Origin: Candidatus Binatia bacterium
Lineage (GTDB): Bacteria; Desulfobacterota; Binatia; HRBIN30
Assembly: GCA_038245295.1 (NCBI GenBank)
Contig: JBBRSP010000001.1
Span: 128,001 to 192,000, forward strand
DNA: 64,000 nt
Reading direction: 5' to 3'
The translations under genes were made by a program, and so were the position numbers. Below the pieces are notes generated by a model. The model made no database searches and was not told the origin of the DNA. It worked only from the letters and a program-made list of their open reading frames with translations. Shown here piece after piece: positions 20,171 to 30,892 of this stretch (position 1 is the stretch's first letter; every line of letters begins with the position of its first letter).

Positions 20171-20839
20171 TCAAGTCAGAGCCGCAAACAGGCCGCACAC
20201 GAGCAGCTCGATGCCTTGTGCATTCATCCGCAGCAACTTCCACGAGACCCCCGTGCCCAGACGGTGCGCCAGCAAGCGAACCACCAGCACGACGGCACCG
20301 GCACAGGCAAAAAGAACAATGCCGAATGCCTGGGCCAGTGTGAACATGACTCCTGCGGTCGCCACACTGGCGATGGCGAACTCCTGGAAGTTGATGCGCG
20401 CATTGAACTTGCGCTCGGGGGCGGCCGCATTGCGCGTGCCGGTGGCAACAACGACGATCGACCAGGTTCCGAGCAATGGTGCAAATAGAAAAGCGCCTGC
20501 AGCGGAGTGGCTGATGTGAAGGAGAGCGAAAAGCTTGAGTCCCAGCTGCGCCAAGAACCATGGCAAGGGAACGTCGCGCCAGTCCGCCGCCAATCCGAGC
20601 CAGACGAGTAACGTCAGCGGCAGCACCAAGATCGTCGGCAGCGTGATGTTCGCGAGATGATAGGTGCCTAGGTTGAGAACACCGATCACCAGACCGATGA
20701 GGGGGAAAAAGATGCTGGCCCGGGCGAACTCACCGCTGTGCGGGCCAGGCGCTTCAATCGGTAGCGGCATCAGCCGCGCCGCGGCGTTCAGCGCATCACG
20801 CGGCGAGGGCAGGGGGGTGGAAGAGGCTGACTCAGGCAT
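20171..20839 (-). CDS. Divergent CobS-like membrane protein
   Basis: N-terminus (FARASIFFPLIGLVIG) resembles cobalamin synthase, but the H-x-D-G-x-x-D-x-x-D motif is absent. Confidence 0.5.
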   Translation of the reverse strand: MPESASSTPLPSPRDALNAAARLMPLPIEAPGPHSGEFARASIFFPLIGLVIGVLNLGTYHLANITLPTILVLPLTLLVWLGLAADWRDVPLPWFLAQLGLKLFALLHISHSAAGAFLFAPLLGTWSIVVVATGTRNAAAPERKFNARINFQEFAIASVATAGVMFTLAQAFGIVLFACAGAVVLVVRLLAHRLGTGVSWKLLRMNAQGIELLVCGLFAALT

Positions 20840-20933
20840 TGAAGAGGAGGGCCTACTGTATTTCCCAGCCTCACGCCATCGGTGCTAAGACGCGACGGAC
20901 TTCGGAGTCGAGGCAGAGACAGGGGAGAACGAG

Positions 20934-21806
20934 ATGTCGGACAGGGCGAATCTGAGGGGACGTATCTGCGTGATCACCGGCGCCACGTCGGGGATCGGCA
21001 AAGCAACCGCCGCGGCGTTGGCGTCGATGGGCGCGCGCCTGTTCCTCGTGGCGCGCAACCGCGCCAAGGCCGATGAAGCGGCCGCGGAGATTCGCGCCAA
21101 GACACCAAGCTGCGAGATCGAGATCTTCATCGCCGACCTGGCTTCACAAGAGGAAATCCGTCGCGTTGCGGGTGAGATCCTGGCGACGGGACAGCCGATC
21201 CACCTGCTCGTCAACAACGCCGGTGTCGTCAATCTGCAGCGCAAGCTGACGGTCGACGGCATCGAGGAAGTGTTCGCCGTGAATCATCTCGGTTATTTCC
21301 TGTTCACACTCTTGCTGCTGGATCGGATCAAGGCGAGCGCCCCGGCGCGCATCGTCAACGTCGCTTCGGAGGCGCACAAATTTTCCGGCATCAACTTCGA
21401 TGATCTCGGCGGCGAGCGCGCCTACAAGTCGATGCGCATCTACGGTCAATCGAAGATGGCCAACATCATGTTCACCTACGAGCTGGCGCGGCGCCTCGAA
21501 GGGAGCGGCGTGACGGTGAACTGTCTCCACCCCGGCGCCGTTTCGACCGGTCTTGGCGTGAACAACGGCGCCTTCGCGAAAGTCCTCATTGGCTTCCTGC
21601 AGCTGTTCTTCAAAACACCGGAGCAGGGCGCCGCGACCTCGATCTACCTGGCGTCTTCCCCGGCAGTCGAAGGAGTAAGTGGCAAGTACTTCGACAAGTG
21701 CCGCGAGCGCCGTTCCTCGAAGGCATCCTATGACGAAGCGGTGCAGAAGCGCCTGTGGGAGCTCAGCGCGAAGATGACCGGGGTTGGGGGTACTCCGGTT
21801 GGCTAG
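20934..21806 (+). CDS. SDR oxidoreductase (retinol dehydrogenase-like)
   Basis: TGATSGIG, NNAG, VNHLG, YGQSK, HPGAV. Confidence 0.9.
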   Translation: MSDRANLRGRICVITGATSGIGKATAAALASMGARLFLVARNRAKADEAAAEIRAKTPSCEIEIFIADLASQEEIRRVAGEILATGQPIHLLVNNAGVVNLQRKLTVDGIEEVFAVNHLGYFLFTLLLLDRIKASAPARIVNVASEAHKFSGINFDDLGGERAYKSMRIYGQSKMANIMFTYELARRLEGSGVTVNCLHPGAVSTGLGVNNGAFAKVLIGFLQLFFKTPEQGAATSIYLASSPAVEGVSGKYFDKCRERRSSKASYDEAVQKRLWELSAKMTGVGGTPVG

Positions 21807-21928
21807 GGCGTGGCGCGTCGGTGGTAGGGCGTTGGTTCACAGCGTCGGGAAGAGTTCTTCGACACGCAGCGGCTTTGTAGGGGCTCCCCGCCCGCCCCGT
21901 TATGCCCGACCCCCTACCTGATCAGGTG

Positions 21929-24124
21929 TTACTTCCCGTGTCGTTCATCCTCGGCACGTTGCTCCAAATACGAGAGGATCGCGTCGGCGTCATTGCCATC
22001 AAGCCACTTGCCGAAGCCGGGCATGCCCTTCGCCTTGGTCAACGCGCCCTCGAGCACGATCGCTTTGAAGCCGCCGCGTACTTCCGGTGAGATGTGCCGC
22101 AGATCAGGCAATACACCGCCTCCGACGGCTCCGGCGCCGTGGCAGGTCTGGCAGTGACGGCTGTAGAGATTCTCGCCGTGCGCAATCACCGCCTTGGGCG
22201 CGGTGGGCGCTTCCAGGGCGACGGCCGGCGTCGGGCGTGCGGGCGGTGCGGGTGGTAGTTGCGCCGTGCCGCCGAGCTTGAAGGTCAGCAGACGACCGAC
22301 GTTCCGTACGTTGTTGGCCGCCGCCGCGTCACCACCGTAGAGGCCGAAGACGCCGCCCCAGCCGGCCATCACCGACACGTACTGCTCGCCATCCACGGTG
22401 TAGGTCACCGGTGCCGCCACCACACCTGTCCCCGCCGGAGCTTCCCACAACTTCGTGCCGTCGGTGGCCCGATAGGCGACGAAGCGACCGTCCGCCGTTC
22501 CCTGGAAGACAAGATTACCCGCCGTGCTCAGCGTGCCGCCGTTCCATGGGCCGGCGTAGTCGACGCGCCAGGCTTCCTTTTGCTTGATCGGATCCCAAGC
22601 GAGAAGATGTCCCTTGGCGAGCGCACGCGGGAATTCCTTGATCAGGGTCAGGTCTGTGCCGGTGTTCCAATCGCCGGGGCGATAGTGCCACTTCTTGTCG
22701 AGGGCAAACGGAGCGGCAATGTCCTGGGCCGGAATGTACACCAACCCGGTCTGCGGATTGAAAGACATCGGCTGCCAGTTGTGCCCGCCGAGCTGCGACG
22801 GTTTCACCACCGTCATCTTGGTCTTGTAGTTGGTGATCTTGTTTTCGACGGGCCTGCCGGTCTTCATGTCGATGCGATCCGCCCACGTTGCTTCGACGTA
22901 CTTCTCGGCCGACAGCAGCTCGCCGGTGGTGCGATCGATCACATAGAAGAAGCCATTCTTCGGGGCGTGCAAAATGACCTTGCGAGTCTGTCCCTTGATT
23001 GGCAGCTCGGCGAGGATGATGTGCTGCGTCGCCGTGTAGTCCCACGTGTCGCCGGGCGTCTCCTGGTAATACCAGACCAACTCGCCGGTTTCCGGTCGCA
23101 GGGCCAGAATCGACGAGAGATACAAATTGTCGCCGCCTCCGGGGCTGCGCACATAACGGCTCCACGGCGATCCGTTGCCGGTGCCGATGTAGAGCAGGTT
23201 GAGGTCGGGGTCGTAGGCCATGCTGTCCCAAACCGTCCCGCCACCGCCGACCTCCCACCATTTACCGCCCTTCCAGGTCTTGGCGGCACGCTCGAGTGCC
23301 GGCGACTCGAATGGCTTCGATGGATCACCAGGCACCGTGTAGAAGCGCCACGCCAGCTTGCCGCTGTCCGTATCGTATGCCGATACGTAGCCGCGCACGC
23401 CGAGCTCGGCGCCGCCGTTGCCGATGATGACCTTACCGGCGACGACGCGCGGTGCGCCGGTGATGGTGTAGGGCCGAGTTTGATCGACAGTCACCGTCTC
23501 CCACACCAGGCTCCCGGTCGCCGCATCGAGGGCAATGAGGCGGCCGTCGAGGGTTCCGGAGAAGACACGGCCCTTGTAAACCGCGACGCCTCGATTGACG
23601 ACGTCGCAACAAGCCTTCGGCCCGGCCTCACGCGGGACCTTGGGATCGTAGGTCCAGATCTCTTTACCGGTGCGTGCATCCACGGCGAACACAACGCTCC
23701 AGGAGCCGGTCGTATAGATGACACCGTCGACCACCAGTGGTGTTGCTTCGAGGCCGCGGTCGGTATGGGTGTCGAAGCTCCAGGCCAAGCCGAGCTGGCC
23801 GACGTTGTCGGCGCTGATCTGGTTGAGTGTGCTGAAACGCTGCTCGGCGTAGCTGCCGCCGTGCGTCAGCCAATTCTTCGGCTCCTGGGCGGCACCGTTG
23901 AGGCGCGCGCCGTCGACGGCGTTGACGGCCTGGCGCCGCTGCGTCGTTGCCGCATCCTTGGCGCTCTCCGGTAAATCAGGGGTGGAGCGAGTCAAGCGAT
24001 CGCAGGCGATCAAGCCGCTCATGCAGACACAAACCAACAGCGTCGAACGTGACAGTTTCATCGGCCGAGTCCTTTCCGAATCAGGGTGCGGCGGCATTAA
24101 CCGCAGGTTTGGCGGCGGAGTCAA
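21929..24124 (-). CDS. PQQ-dependent quinohaemoprotein alcohol dehydrogenase (type II)
   Basis: ACCDVVNRG vicinal disulfide, Trp-docking repeats, WDYT, C-terminal CQTCH haem c; true start may be further downstream (MKLSRS). Confidence 0.92.
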   Translation of the reverse strand: MTPPPNLRLMPPHPDSERTRPMKLSRSTLLVCVCMSGLIACDRLTRSTPDLPESAKDAATTQRRQAVNAVDGARLNGAAQEPKNWLTHGGSYAEQRFSTLNQISADNVGQLGLAWSFDTHTDRGLEATPLVVDGVIYTTGSWSVVFAVDARTGKEIWTYDPKVPREAGPKACCDVVNRGVAVYKGRVFSGTLDGRLIALDAATGSLVWETVTVDQTRPYTITGAPRVVAGKVIIGNGGAELGVRGYVSAYDTDSGKLAWRFYTVPGDPSKPFESPALERAAKTWKGGKWWEVGGGGTVWDSMAYDPDLNLLYIGTGNGSPWSRYVRSPGGGDNLYLSSILALRPETGELVWYYQETPGDTWDYTATQHIILAELPIKGQTRKVILHAPKNGFFYVIDRTTGELLSAEKYVEATWADRIDMKTGRPVENKITNYKTKMTVVKPSQLGGHNWQPMSFNPQTGLVYIPAQDIAAPFALDKKWHYRPGDWNTGTDLTLIKEFPRALAKGHLLAWDPIKQKEAWRVDYAGPWNGGTLSTAGNLVFQGTADGRFVAYRATDGTKLWEAPAGTGVVAAPVTYTVDGEQYVSVMAGWGGVFGLYGGDAAAANNVRNVGRLLTFKLGGTAQLPPAPPARPTPAVALEAPTAPKAVIAHGENLYSRHCQTCHGAGAVGGGVLPDLRHISPEVRGGFKAIVLEGALTKAKGMPGFGKWLDGNDADAILSYLEQRAEDERHGK

Positions 24125-24267
24125 TGCAGGTCGCGAGGCGACATGGACCCGGACCGAGTCGGGCTGCCCTCAGCCCGCGGTCGGCTGACCCGCGGCGGGC
24201 AACGTGAGGGCCATCCTTCGCGCCGAGCGCTCCGGACGGGAGCCACGCCGACTCCATGGCGACAATG

Positions 24268-26361
24268 TTATGCGGGCGCGCTGATCAACGGGCGGATGAT
24301 CGGCGACGGTGTGCCGACGCTGGTCACCCACAACTGATGCACGGCACGCGTGGCGCCGACGTGCAGCAGGCGGCGCGCCGCCGGGTTATCCGGAAAGTGA
24401 CTGCTGCTGGCCTCGACCAGGACCACGTAGTCGAATTCGAGCCCCTTCACCTGATCGATCTCGGTAATCTCGATCCCGGGTGCGAAGGTGAAATCCTGGT
24501 CCTCGACATGATGTAGCCGCGGAACATCGGACGTCTGCAGGCCGCGGAAGTAGAGGCCGCTGACGTCGCCATTGGGTGTCAGCAAGACAATCGATGCGTA
24601 GGGCTCTTTGGCGACGAGATCTTTGAGGGCATCGCCCAGGAAGGCGACGCAGGCACCGTGATCGGTGAAGCGGAAGAACTCGACCGGCGGGCCCGAGCGC
24701 GTCGTAGTCGGTGGCGCCTGGTCTTCGCGTAAGTCGCCGAGCAAGGCGACGGCGAACTCAGCGATCTCGCGCGAACAGCGATAACTGATCTCCAGGGTGC
24801 TGACTTCCGTCCCTCGCAAACCGAGGTGCTTGAAGAAGTCGCTCCACGACGTGAAGCCGCCGTTCTGCACGACGTGTTGCTGCGTGTCGCCGGCTAGTGT
24901 GATGCTGCGTTCCTCGGTCAAACAATCGAGCAGAACCTGGACTTCCATCGGCGCGAAGTCCTGCACCTCATCGATGGCGATATGTTTGTAACGCACCGGC
25001 CTCTCGCCTGGTCCCAGAAGAGGGCCGATGCGCAATTGCCAGGCGCGCAACAGAATGGCGTCATCTTCGGCATCGATCTCGGCCTCGGAGGACAGGTCTC
25101 CTTCGACCCATGACAACACGGCGCGTGCCTGGTCGCGATTGTGGGACGTGGCGCGCACCAGCTCGTCCGTCGTGAAGGCGTCGGGGGCAAGCTCGGAGAA
25201 GATCTCTTCGAGCAGCGGCGCTGAGGTCAGTACGCTAGCCCAATCGTCGATCACCTGCGCCGGCGTCTTGCGGCCCGGCGTTCGCTGAATGTAGCGCTCC
25301 AACGCGATAAGCAGCGCCGGATGTAGCTTGAGCCGATGTACGACGCCGGGCGTGCTCTGGCGCAGCGTGCGCGGCATCTTCGGGAGCATGCGTTTTGACT
25401 GCTCGGTGGCCCATTCGAAGAACGTGCGTACCTGCACGTGATGCACGCCGAGCGCCGGCAGCACGTGGCCGACGTAGTCGCGCAGGGCGCGCGAGAAAAC
25501 GACGACCATGGTTTGCGACGAGTCGACGCTGGGATCCTCGAACGCCAGGTAGGCAATGCGATGCAGGGCGACCGTCGTCTTGCCCGAGCCGGCGGTGCCG
25601 CGAACGACGAGGAATCCGGTTCCCGGACGGGTGATCAAATCGAACTGTGTGGGATCAATCAGCCCGGCGATGTCGGGAAGATGCTTGTCGACCCGTCGCC
25701 GGGTGCCTTCCATGTCGGTGCCGAGCCGGCGGGCCGTGCCTTCTCCCGAGGGATGGGCGCGTAAAGCGGCCCCCTGTCCGCCGGCCAGGCGGGACGCTTC
25801 CTTCTGGGTCTCGCGCCAGCCGTCCGGGGCGTTCGAGTCGGCCGTAAAGATGCCTTCCGGCGCATCGATCCGCTGCATCTTCTTGCTGCGAATGGTCACG
25901 GTGCGGCGGGCCACCACTTCACCGCTCATGGTGCGGCCGGCGATTTCTTCTTCGTAATCATCGCCCTGTTGGTAGCGGTAGAAGATCTTCGAGATCGGCG
26001 CATTGCGCCAATCGACAATGCGGACACCGCGCTGCAGGCGCGTCGCTTTGCCGATGAGAATGTCGCGCTCTTGTTTGTTCTCGCGCAGGCGCAGGTGTGC
26101 GAAGTAGGGCGATTCGACGTCAACCTGTGGCGCCTGACGCGCGGCGCGCAGCTGCTGCAACAACGCGGACTGACGATCCCATTGTTGAATGAGCGCCGGC
26201 TGGTCCTCCGTCTTGACGCCGTCGTTCATCATTTCACGCAGGCGTTCGAGCTCGGCGACCAGCGAAACTTCCGATGGGCCGGATTCGGTTGGCTGCGCGT
26301 CCAGGAGCGAATTGACCTGGTTCAACAGCTCGAGCTCTTCTTTGACGATCTTTTGCGGCAC
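24268..26361 (-). CDS. HelD-like SF1 ATPase/helicase
   Basis: SPYFAHL...IVDWRNAP N-domain; GTAGSGKTTVALHRIAYL, IDEVQD, AGDTQQ, SYRC, KGLEFD, VGATRA. Confidence 0.8.
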   Translation of the reverse strand: MPQKIVKEELELLNQVNSLLDAQPTESGPSEVSLVAELERLREMMNDGVKTEDQPALIQQWDRQSALLQQLRAARQAPQVDVESPYFAHLRLRENKQERDILIGKATRLQRGVRIVDWRNAPISKIFYRYQQGDDYEEEIAGRTMSGEVVARRTVTIRSKKMQRIDAPEGIFTADSNAPDGWRETQKEASRLAGGQGAALRAHPSGEGTARRLGTDMEGTRRRVDKHLPDIAGLIDPTQFDLITRPGTGFLVVRGTAGSGKTTVALHRIAYLAFEDPSVDSSQTMVVVFSRALRDYVGHVLPALGVHHVQVRTFFEWATEQSKRMLPKMPRTLRQSTPGVVHRLKLHPALLIALERYIQRTPGRKTPAQVIDDWASVLTSAPLLEEIFSELAPDAFTTDELVRATSHNRDQARAVLSWVEGDLSSEAEIDAEDDAILLRAWQLRIGPLLGPGERPVRYKHIAIDEVQDFAPMEVQVLLDCLTEERSITLAGDTQQHVVQNGGFTSWSDFFKHLGLRGTEVSTLEISYRCSREIAEFAVALLGDLREDQAPPTTTRSGPPVEFFRFTDHGACVAFLGDALKDLVAKEPYASIVLLTPNGDVSGLYFRGLQTSDVPRLHHVEDQDFTFAPGIEITEIDQVKGLEFDYVVLVEASSSHFPDNPAARRLLHVGATRAVHQLWVTSVGTPSPIIRPLISAPA

Positions 26362-26446
26362 GGCGACCGGCTATCTAACGCCATTCGGCCACGTGGCACA
26401 ATAGGAGAATGAATCCAGCGGGTGCGGCATGGCGAGGACGCAGAGT

Positions 26447-26797
26447 TTAGCCAGCGACCTTGGCGCGCAGCAGTTTGAGCGACGGGAAGCCGAGCAGAAA
26501 CGTCTGTGCCGCCCAGCCGGCGGCGCTATGGAGCAGGTTGTTTTGGCGCGCCAGGCGAAACGCGTAGGCGGCCTCGGCGATATGTACGGCGACGGTCGCG
26601 TTGAAAGCGATAGCGAAGAACCCTTGGCGCAGCGCGCCGGTGATGTGTTGCTCCCACCACGTATAGGCAGTGTCAGAGTAACCGACGACGGCCAGACTCC
26701 CAATTCCCAAGACAATGGATATCCACCAGGCGGCCGCCGGCCGTTCGACGCGATCTGTCATTAAGGAGGAGTACAACTTAGATCGTTCCGCAGGCAA
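26447..26797 (-). CDS. TMEM254/DUF4499-like small membrane protein
   Basis: HIAEAAYA...WAAQTFLLGFPSL. Confidence 0.65.
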   Translation of the reverse strand: MPAERSKLYSSLMTDRVERPAAAWWISIVLGIGSLAVVGYSDTAYTWWEQHITGALRQGFFAIAFNATVAVHIAEAAYAFRLARQNNLLHSAAGWAAQTFLLGFPSLKLLRAKVAG

Positions 26798-26836
26798 GGG
26801 CTTGGGGTGACGATGCCGTTCCGGTAGTTTGAGGCC

Positions 26837-27568
26837 ATGATCGATGCACAGGCGCAGCGCGCCGTGGAGCGGGTGAGCACCGAGGCGCGTGAGTTGTTCG
26901 GCGCGGATCTGGTCAGCCTGATCCTCTACGGTAGCGCGGCGGGACAGGATTTCGTTCCTGATCAGTCGGATGTCAACATTGCCATTGTCCTCAATCGTGT
27001 CGACACGACGCAGTTGCGAAAACTACACGGCCGCCTGCGCGACTGGCGTGTCTTGCGCATCGCTGTGCCCCTGTTGATCGATCGCGAGTTCTTGCGCCGC
27101 GCCTGTGACGTGTTCCCGATGGAGCTGTTCGACATTCAGGGTCAGCATCGCATCCTGTTCGGGGAAGACGTCATCGCCCCGTTGCGAATCGAGGCGCGCT
27201 ATCTGCGCTACCAGGCCGAACACGAAGCGCGCAGCAAGCTGTTGCGGTTGCGGGCAATCTACGCCGAGGTCGGCGACGATCTGCCGCGGTTGCGCGCTTT
27301 GCTGTGTGACTCGGTGAAGACCTTTGCCCTGCTAATGCGCAACCTTCTGCATCTGCGCACGGGGGAGCACCTCATCTCTTCCGACGAGGCGATGCGGCGA
27401 TTCGAGGAAGTTTTCGGACGCCAGTTCCCGGCGTTGCACCAGGTACAGCTTCTGAAGAGGCAGGTGGCCGCTTGGCCGGGCGACGTACACGATTTGTTTG
27501 CGGCGTATGTCGACGACGTCGAAGCGCTTGTTCGCCTCGTCGATCGTTTGCCGGTGGAGAACGCTTGA
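26837..27568 (+). CDS. Pol-beta-superfamily nucleotidyltransferase-like protein
   Basis: LYGSAA..DF....SDVNI; DVFPMELFDI; C-terminal helical region. Confidence 0.8.
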   Translation: MIDAQAQRAVERVSTEARELFGADLVSLILYGSAAGQDFVPDQSDVNIAIVLNRVDTTQLRKLHGRLRDWRVLRIAVPLLIDREFLRRACDVFPMELFDIQGQHRILFGEDVIAPLRIEARYLRYQAEHEARSKLLRLRAIYAEVGDDLPRLRALLCDSVKTFALLMRNLLHLRTGEHLISSDEAMRRFEEVFGRQFPALHQVQLLKRQVAAWPGDVHDLFAAYVDDVEALVRLVDRLPVENA

Positions 27569-28344
27569 AGGCGTACAGCTCTCTCAAAGCCTTCCTTTTG
27601 GTCTTGCTGGTGTTGGCATCCCAGCAGGCTCTGGCGCAGCCCGAGCCGACGGTGCCGACGACGCGCGGTTATGTGTCGGACTACGTCGGCGTCATCGACG
27701 CGGCGACGACAAAGCGGCTCGACGACATAATCACCGAGCTCAAAGACAAGACCGGTGGCGAGATCGCCGTGGTGGTGGTTCGCAGTACCAAGCCGCTCGA
27801 GCCGTTCGATTACGCCATGAAGATCGCCGAAGCGTGGAAGCCCGGCGATCGTAAGAAAGAAAACGGCGTCGTCTTCCTGATCGCCATCGACGACCGCTCG
27901 ATGTACATCCTGACCGGCTACGGCGTGGAGGGTGTGCTGCCCGACGGCCGCGTCGGCGAGATTCGCGACCGCATCGTTGTGCCGGCCTTCCGGCGTGGCG
28001 AGTACAGTGGTGGAATTCGCGAGGCGACGGAGACGATCGCGGCGCTGATCGCGCAGGATGCCGGCGTGCAACTGACTGGTGTGCGGCCGCCGGCGAAGCC
28101 GCAGCAGGCGTCGCCGTTACAAGCCGTGTTGTTGATTGTCGGCGTGATTTTCGTCCTATGGCTGATGAGCCGTGGCGGCTTTCCCATGATGATGGGTGGA
28201 GGGCCCGGTTTTCCAGGCAGCTTTGGCGGCGGTGGTGGTGGAGGCTTCGGCGGGGGCGGATTTGGCGGTGGCGGTGGCGGTGGCGGCTTTGGTGGCTTCG
28301 GCGGCGGTGATTTCGGCGGCGGCGGGGCCGGTGGCAAGTGGTGA
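27565..28344 (+). CDS. TPM (TLP18.3/Psb32/MOLO-1) domain protein with Gly-rich tail
   Basis: YVSDYVGVI, NGVVFLIAIDDR, GYGVEGVLPD, FGGGDFGGGGAGGKW; TTG start overlapping the upstream stop. Confidence 0.88.
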   Translation: MKAYSSLKAFLLVLLVLASQQALAQPEPTVPTTRGYVSDYVGVIDAATTKRLDDIITELKDKTGGEIAVVVVRSTKPLEPFDYAMKIAEAWKPGDRKKENGVVFLIAIDDRSMYILTGYGVEGVLPDGRVGEIRDRIVVPAFRRGEYSGGIREATETIAALIAQDAGVQLTGVRPPAKPQQASPLQAVLLIVGVIFVLWLMSRGGFPMMMGGGPGFPGSFGGGGGGGFGGGGFGGGGGGGGFGGFGGGDFGGGGAGGKW

Positions 28345-28372
28345 GCAACGTGATGCAGACAAGGAGACGACA

Positions 28373-28921
28373 ATGAAACGGCGCGTGCTGTTGATTCTCA
28401 TGGCGGCGATGACGGTGTTTTCGGGGTGCGGCTACAACAACATGGTCACACTCAAGGAGAAGATCGACGAAGCGTGGTCGCAGGTGGAGAACCAACTGCA
28501 ACGGCGCAACGATCTGATTCCCAATCTGATCGAGACGACCAAGGGCTACGCCAAACACGAGAACGAGATCTTCACCAATATCGCCAACGCGCGAGCCCGC
28601 ATGCTCAGCGCCGGATCACGCGACGAGAAGATCGATGCCGCCAATGACCTCGGCGGCGCGTTGTCGCGCTTGCTGGTGTTGGGGGAACGTTATCCCGACC
28701 TGAAGGCGGACGCACAGTTTGCACGCTTGTCGGACGAGCTTGCCGGAACCGAAAATCGCCTGGCAACCGAGCGTAAGCGCTTCAACGAAGCGGTGCGCGA
28801 CTACAATACCTTCATCAAGAAGCTGCCGCAGAATTTCACGGCGCGTATCGCCGGATTCACCGAGCAGAAATACTTCGAGGCACCCAAGGAAGCCCAGCAG
28901 GTGCCAAAGGTGCAGTTCTAG
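28373..28921 (+). CDS. lemA: LemA family protein (lipobox FSGC)
   Basis: WSQVENQLQRRNDLIPNL, ERYPDLKA, ELAGTENRLA; AAGGAG RBS. Confidence 0.92.
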   Translation: MKRRVLLILMAAMTVFSGCGYNNMVTLKEKIDEAWSQVENQLQRRNDLIPNLIETTKGYAKHENEIFTNIANARARMLSAGSRDEKIDAANDLGGALSRLLVLGERYPDLKADAQFARLSDELAGTENRLATERKRFNEAVRDYNTFIKKLPQNFTARIAGFTEQKYFEAPKEAQQVPKVQF

Positions 28922-29016
28922 TCCGACCCTTGCCCTTGCCCGCTCCCTGGTTGAACCCAGGCAAGGGCAAGGTTTTAGGGTTCCAAAGGGGGGCAGCGAT
29001 GATAGAGGACAGAGCC

Positions 29017-30045
29017 ATGAGGCGCTTACTCACGGCTGCGATCTTTGGACTGTCACTTTTGCCCGCCTGCGGTGGAGGCGGCGGTGGTTCCACCACTGTC
29101 GCCGGACCGCCGCCGCCCAATCCTCTCTATGTGCGAACCAACGGTAACGATCTGAACAGTGGCGAGAGCCCTGATCGGGCTTTGCGCACCATCAGCAAGG
29201 CGGCGCAGATCGCTCGTAGCACCTATACGATCCGGGTGGGGTCTGGGGTTTACCGTGAATCCGTCACAACCTCGTCCAACGGTAAGACCCCGCAGGGGCT
29301 GACGTTCATGGTCGAGCCGGGGCAGCTGGCCGTCGTGGATGCGACCGGCATCGCCCGCGGTGCCGGATTCAGCTTCGCCAACTCGCCCGGAACCATGGTG
29401 GACGGCTTCCGGATCGTTGGCGCTGCCGACGCCGGGATCCTGATCCGCAGCGGCAGTGAGAATTTCCAGGTGCGCAACTGCGAGATCCTCAGCAACAACG
29501 GCGACGGCATTCGCGTGCAGGATACCGCCAACGTCCTCGTCTTCAACAACCTGGTGGTCAATAACGGCGGCATCGGCATCCGCATCGGCGGCACCATCGC
29601 CGGCTCCTCCGGCGCCCACCTCATCAACAACACCGTGTACGGCAATCGCAGCCGCGGCATCGAGATCGGTACGACCCAGGCGCCTTCGCCGGCGGCATTT
29701 GTCACCAACAACATCGTGCAGGACAACTCGCGGACCCTCGAAGCCATCAAGGTCGAGACCAATCCGCGCAGCGATCGCGACTACCAGGGTAACTTCAATC
29801 TCGTGTACCCCGCCTCGTATGTTCCCTTGGCAATCCAGGGCCGCAACGACGTCAACCGTGACGCACAGTTCCTCAGCGCCGGCGGCGGCAATTTCCGTCT
29901 GGCGACGACCAGTTTCGCCATCAACTCCGGCTACGCCCTGGCCGATTCGCTGTCGTCACTGCGCGACTTCCTGCACACCCGCACGACGACGGGTCTGGAT
30001 GCCGATAACGGGCCTCTGGATATCGGGTATCACTACCCGCTTTAG
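29017..30045 (+). CDS. Lipoprotein with right-handed parallel beta-helix (DUF1565-like)
   Basis: Lipobox LPAC; YVRTNGNDLNSG..ALRTISKA; repeated NN/GI beta-helix rungs. Confidence 0.8.
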   Translation: MRRLLTAAIFGLSLLPACGGGGGGSTTVAGPPPPNPLYVRTNGNDLNSGESPDRALRTISKAAQIARSTYTIRVGSGVYRESVTTSSNGKTPQGLTFMVEPGQLAVVDATGIARGAGFSFANSPGTMVDGFRIVGAADAGILIRSGSENFQVRNCEILSNNGDGIRVQDTANVLVFNNLVVNNGGIGIRIGGTIAGSSGAHLINNTVYGNRSRGIEIGTTQAPSPAAFVTNNIVQDNSRTLEAIKVETNPRSDRDYQGNFNLVYPASYVPLAIQGRNDVNRDAQFLSAGGGNFRLATTSFAINSGYALADSLSSLRDFLHTRTTTGLDADNGPLDIGYHYPL

Positions 30046-30210
30046 AGTCCGCGTGTCCGCGGCGATGAATGCCGCATCCGAGCGGGAGGAATCGTCTTGA
30101 ATTGACCCGTCACCGGGAAAAGACGACGGCGCCTTCAAATTCCATTGACGAAGGGTTCCACTTGCGGATACCTTTCCACCATCTTGCGCCTAATAAGGGA
30201 GGGTAACTTA

Positions 30211-30822
30211 GTGCAAACGAAAGCAATCCGTCGGTCGATTCTAGTGGCCGCTGTTGGAATCTTGATGCCTCTTGGCAACCTGGCGCGTGCTGGTGACGTC
30301 TACCAGTGCAGCGTCCTCGAAGAGAGCAGCAACGCGTCGGACTTCCATCTTTTGAAGGCCGGCAAGCTGAAGATCTCCACGGCCCCGGCAAGCAAGCCCG
30401 GAACTGGCCTGGCGATGCAGCTCATCCTGGCAAACGTCGATTGTGTCGCCGAGGGCAACGATCTCGGCAAGCCAAATAAGTGCGGTGTGGCAGCTCACGG
30501 CCCGTCACCAGCAGCCCCCGTGTCGGCCGTCGTCGGCTTGAGTGTGCACATCGGTGGTGTCGATCTGGCCAATGTGTTCGGCATTCCGATTCAGTTCTCG
30601 AAGGGTACCGCGACCTTCGTGGGTACCGGCAAAAACAAGATTGACGGTTCGGCGTTCGGCGCTTTGATCATGAGTGTGTTGGGTCAGAAGATGGGCTTCA
30701 ATACGACGTCCATCCGTCTCCCTGGATCTGTTCCCGCTGATTGTGGCAACGTGCCGATTGCCGGCCCTGGTTGTCTGGACGGTACGGCGTTCGCCTTCAC
30801 CGGTTTGACACTCGGTCTGTAA
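30211..30822 (+). CDS. Secreted hypothetical protein
   Basis: GGGAGGG RBS before GTG, signal peptide, several Cys, terminator downstream. Confidence 0.65.
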   Translation: MQTKAIRRSILVAAVGILMPLGNLARAGDVYQCSVLEESSNASDFHLLKAGKLKISTAPASKPGTGLAMQLILANVDCVAEGNDLGKPNKCGVAAHGPSPAAPVSAVVGLSVHIGGVDLANVFGIPIQFSKGTATFVGTGKNKIDGSAFGALIMSVLGQKMGFNTTSIRLPGSVPADCGNVPIAGPGCLDGTAFAFTGLTLGL

Positions 30823-30843
30823 GTCAGTTTGCGGCCGATGCGG

Positions 30844-30877
30844 CAAAGGGGCGCGACGTCAACGCCGCGCCCCTTTG
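30844..30877. terminator. Probable bidirectional intrinsic terminator
   Basis: CAAAGGGGCGCG-N10-CGCGCCCCTTTG between convergent genes. Confidence 0.75.
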
Positions 30878-30892
30878 TTGTTTCAGCTCCGG

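Noticed and set aside
22259..23974. 571-aa plus-strand ORF and similar long overlapping ORFs (40919-42145, 44011-45408, 35579-36706)
   Set aside because: Shadow or alternative frames of well-supported genes with biased, motif-free composition.
21929..24124. Lanthanide-dependent PQQ dehydrogenase
   Set aside because: The active site reads WDYT rather than the D-x-D of XoxF/ExaF/PedH, and the haem domain fits a Ca-type quinohaemoprotein.
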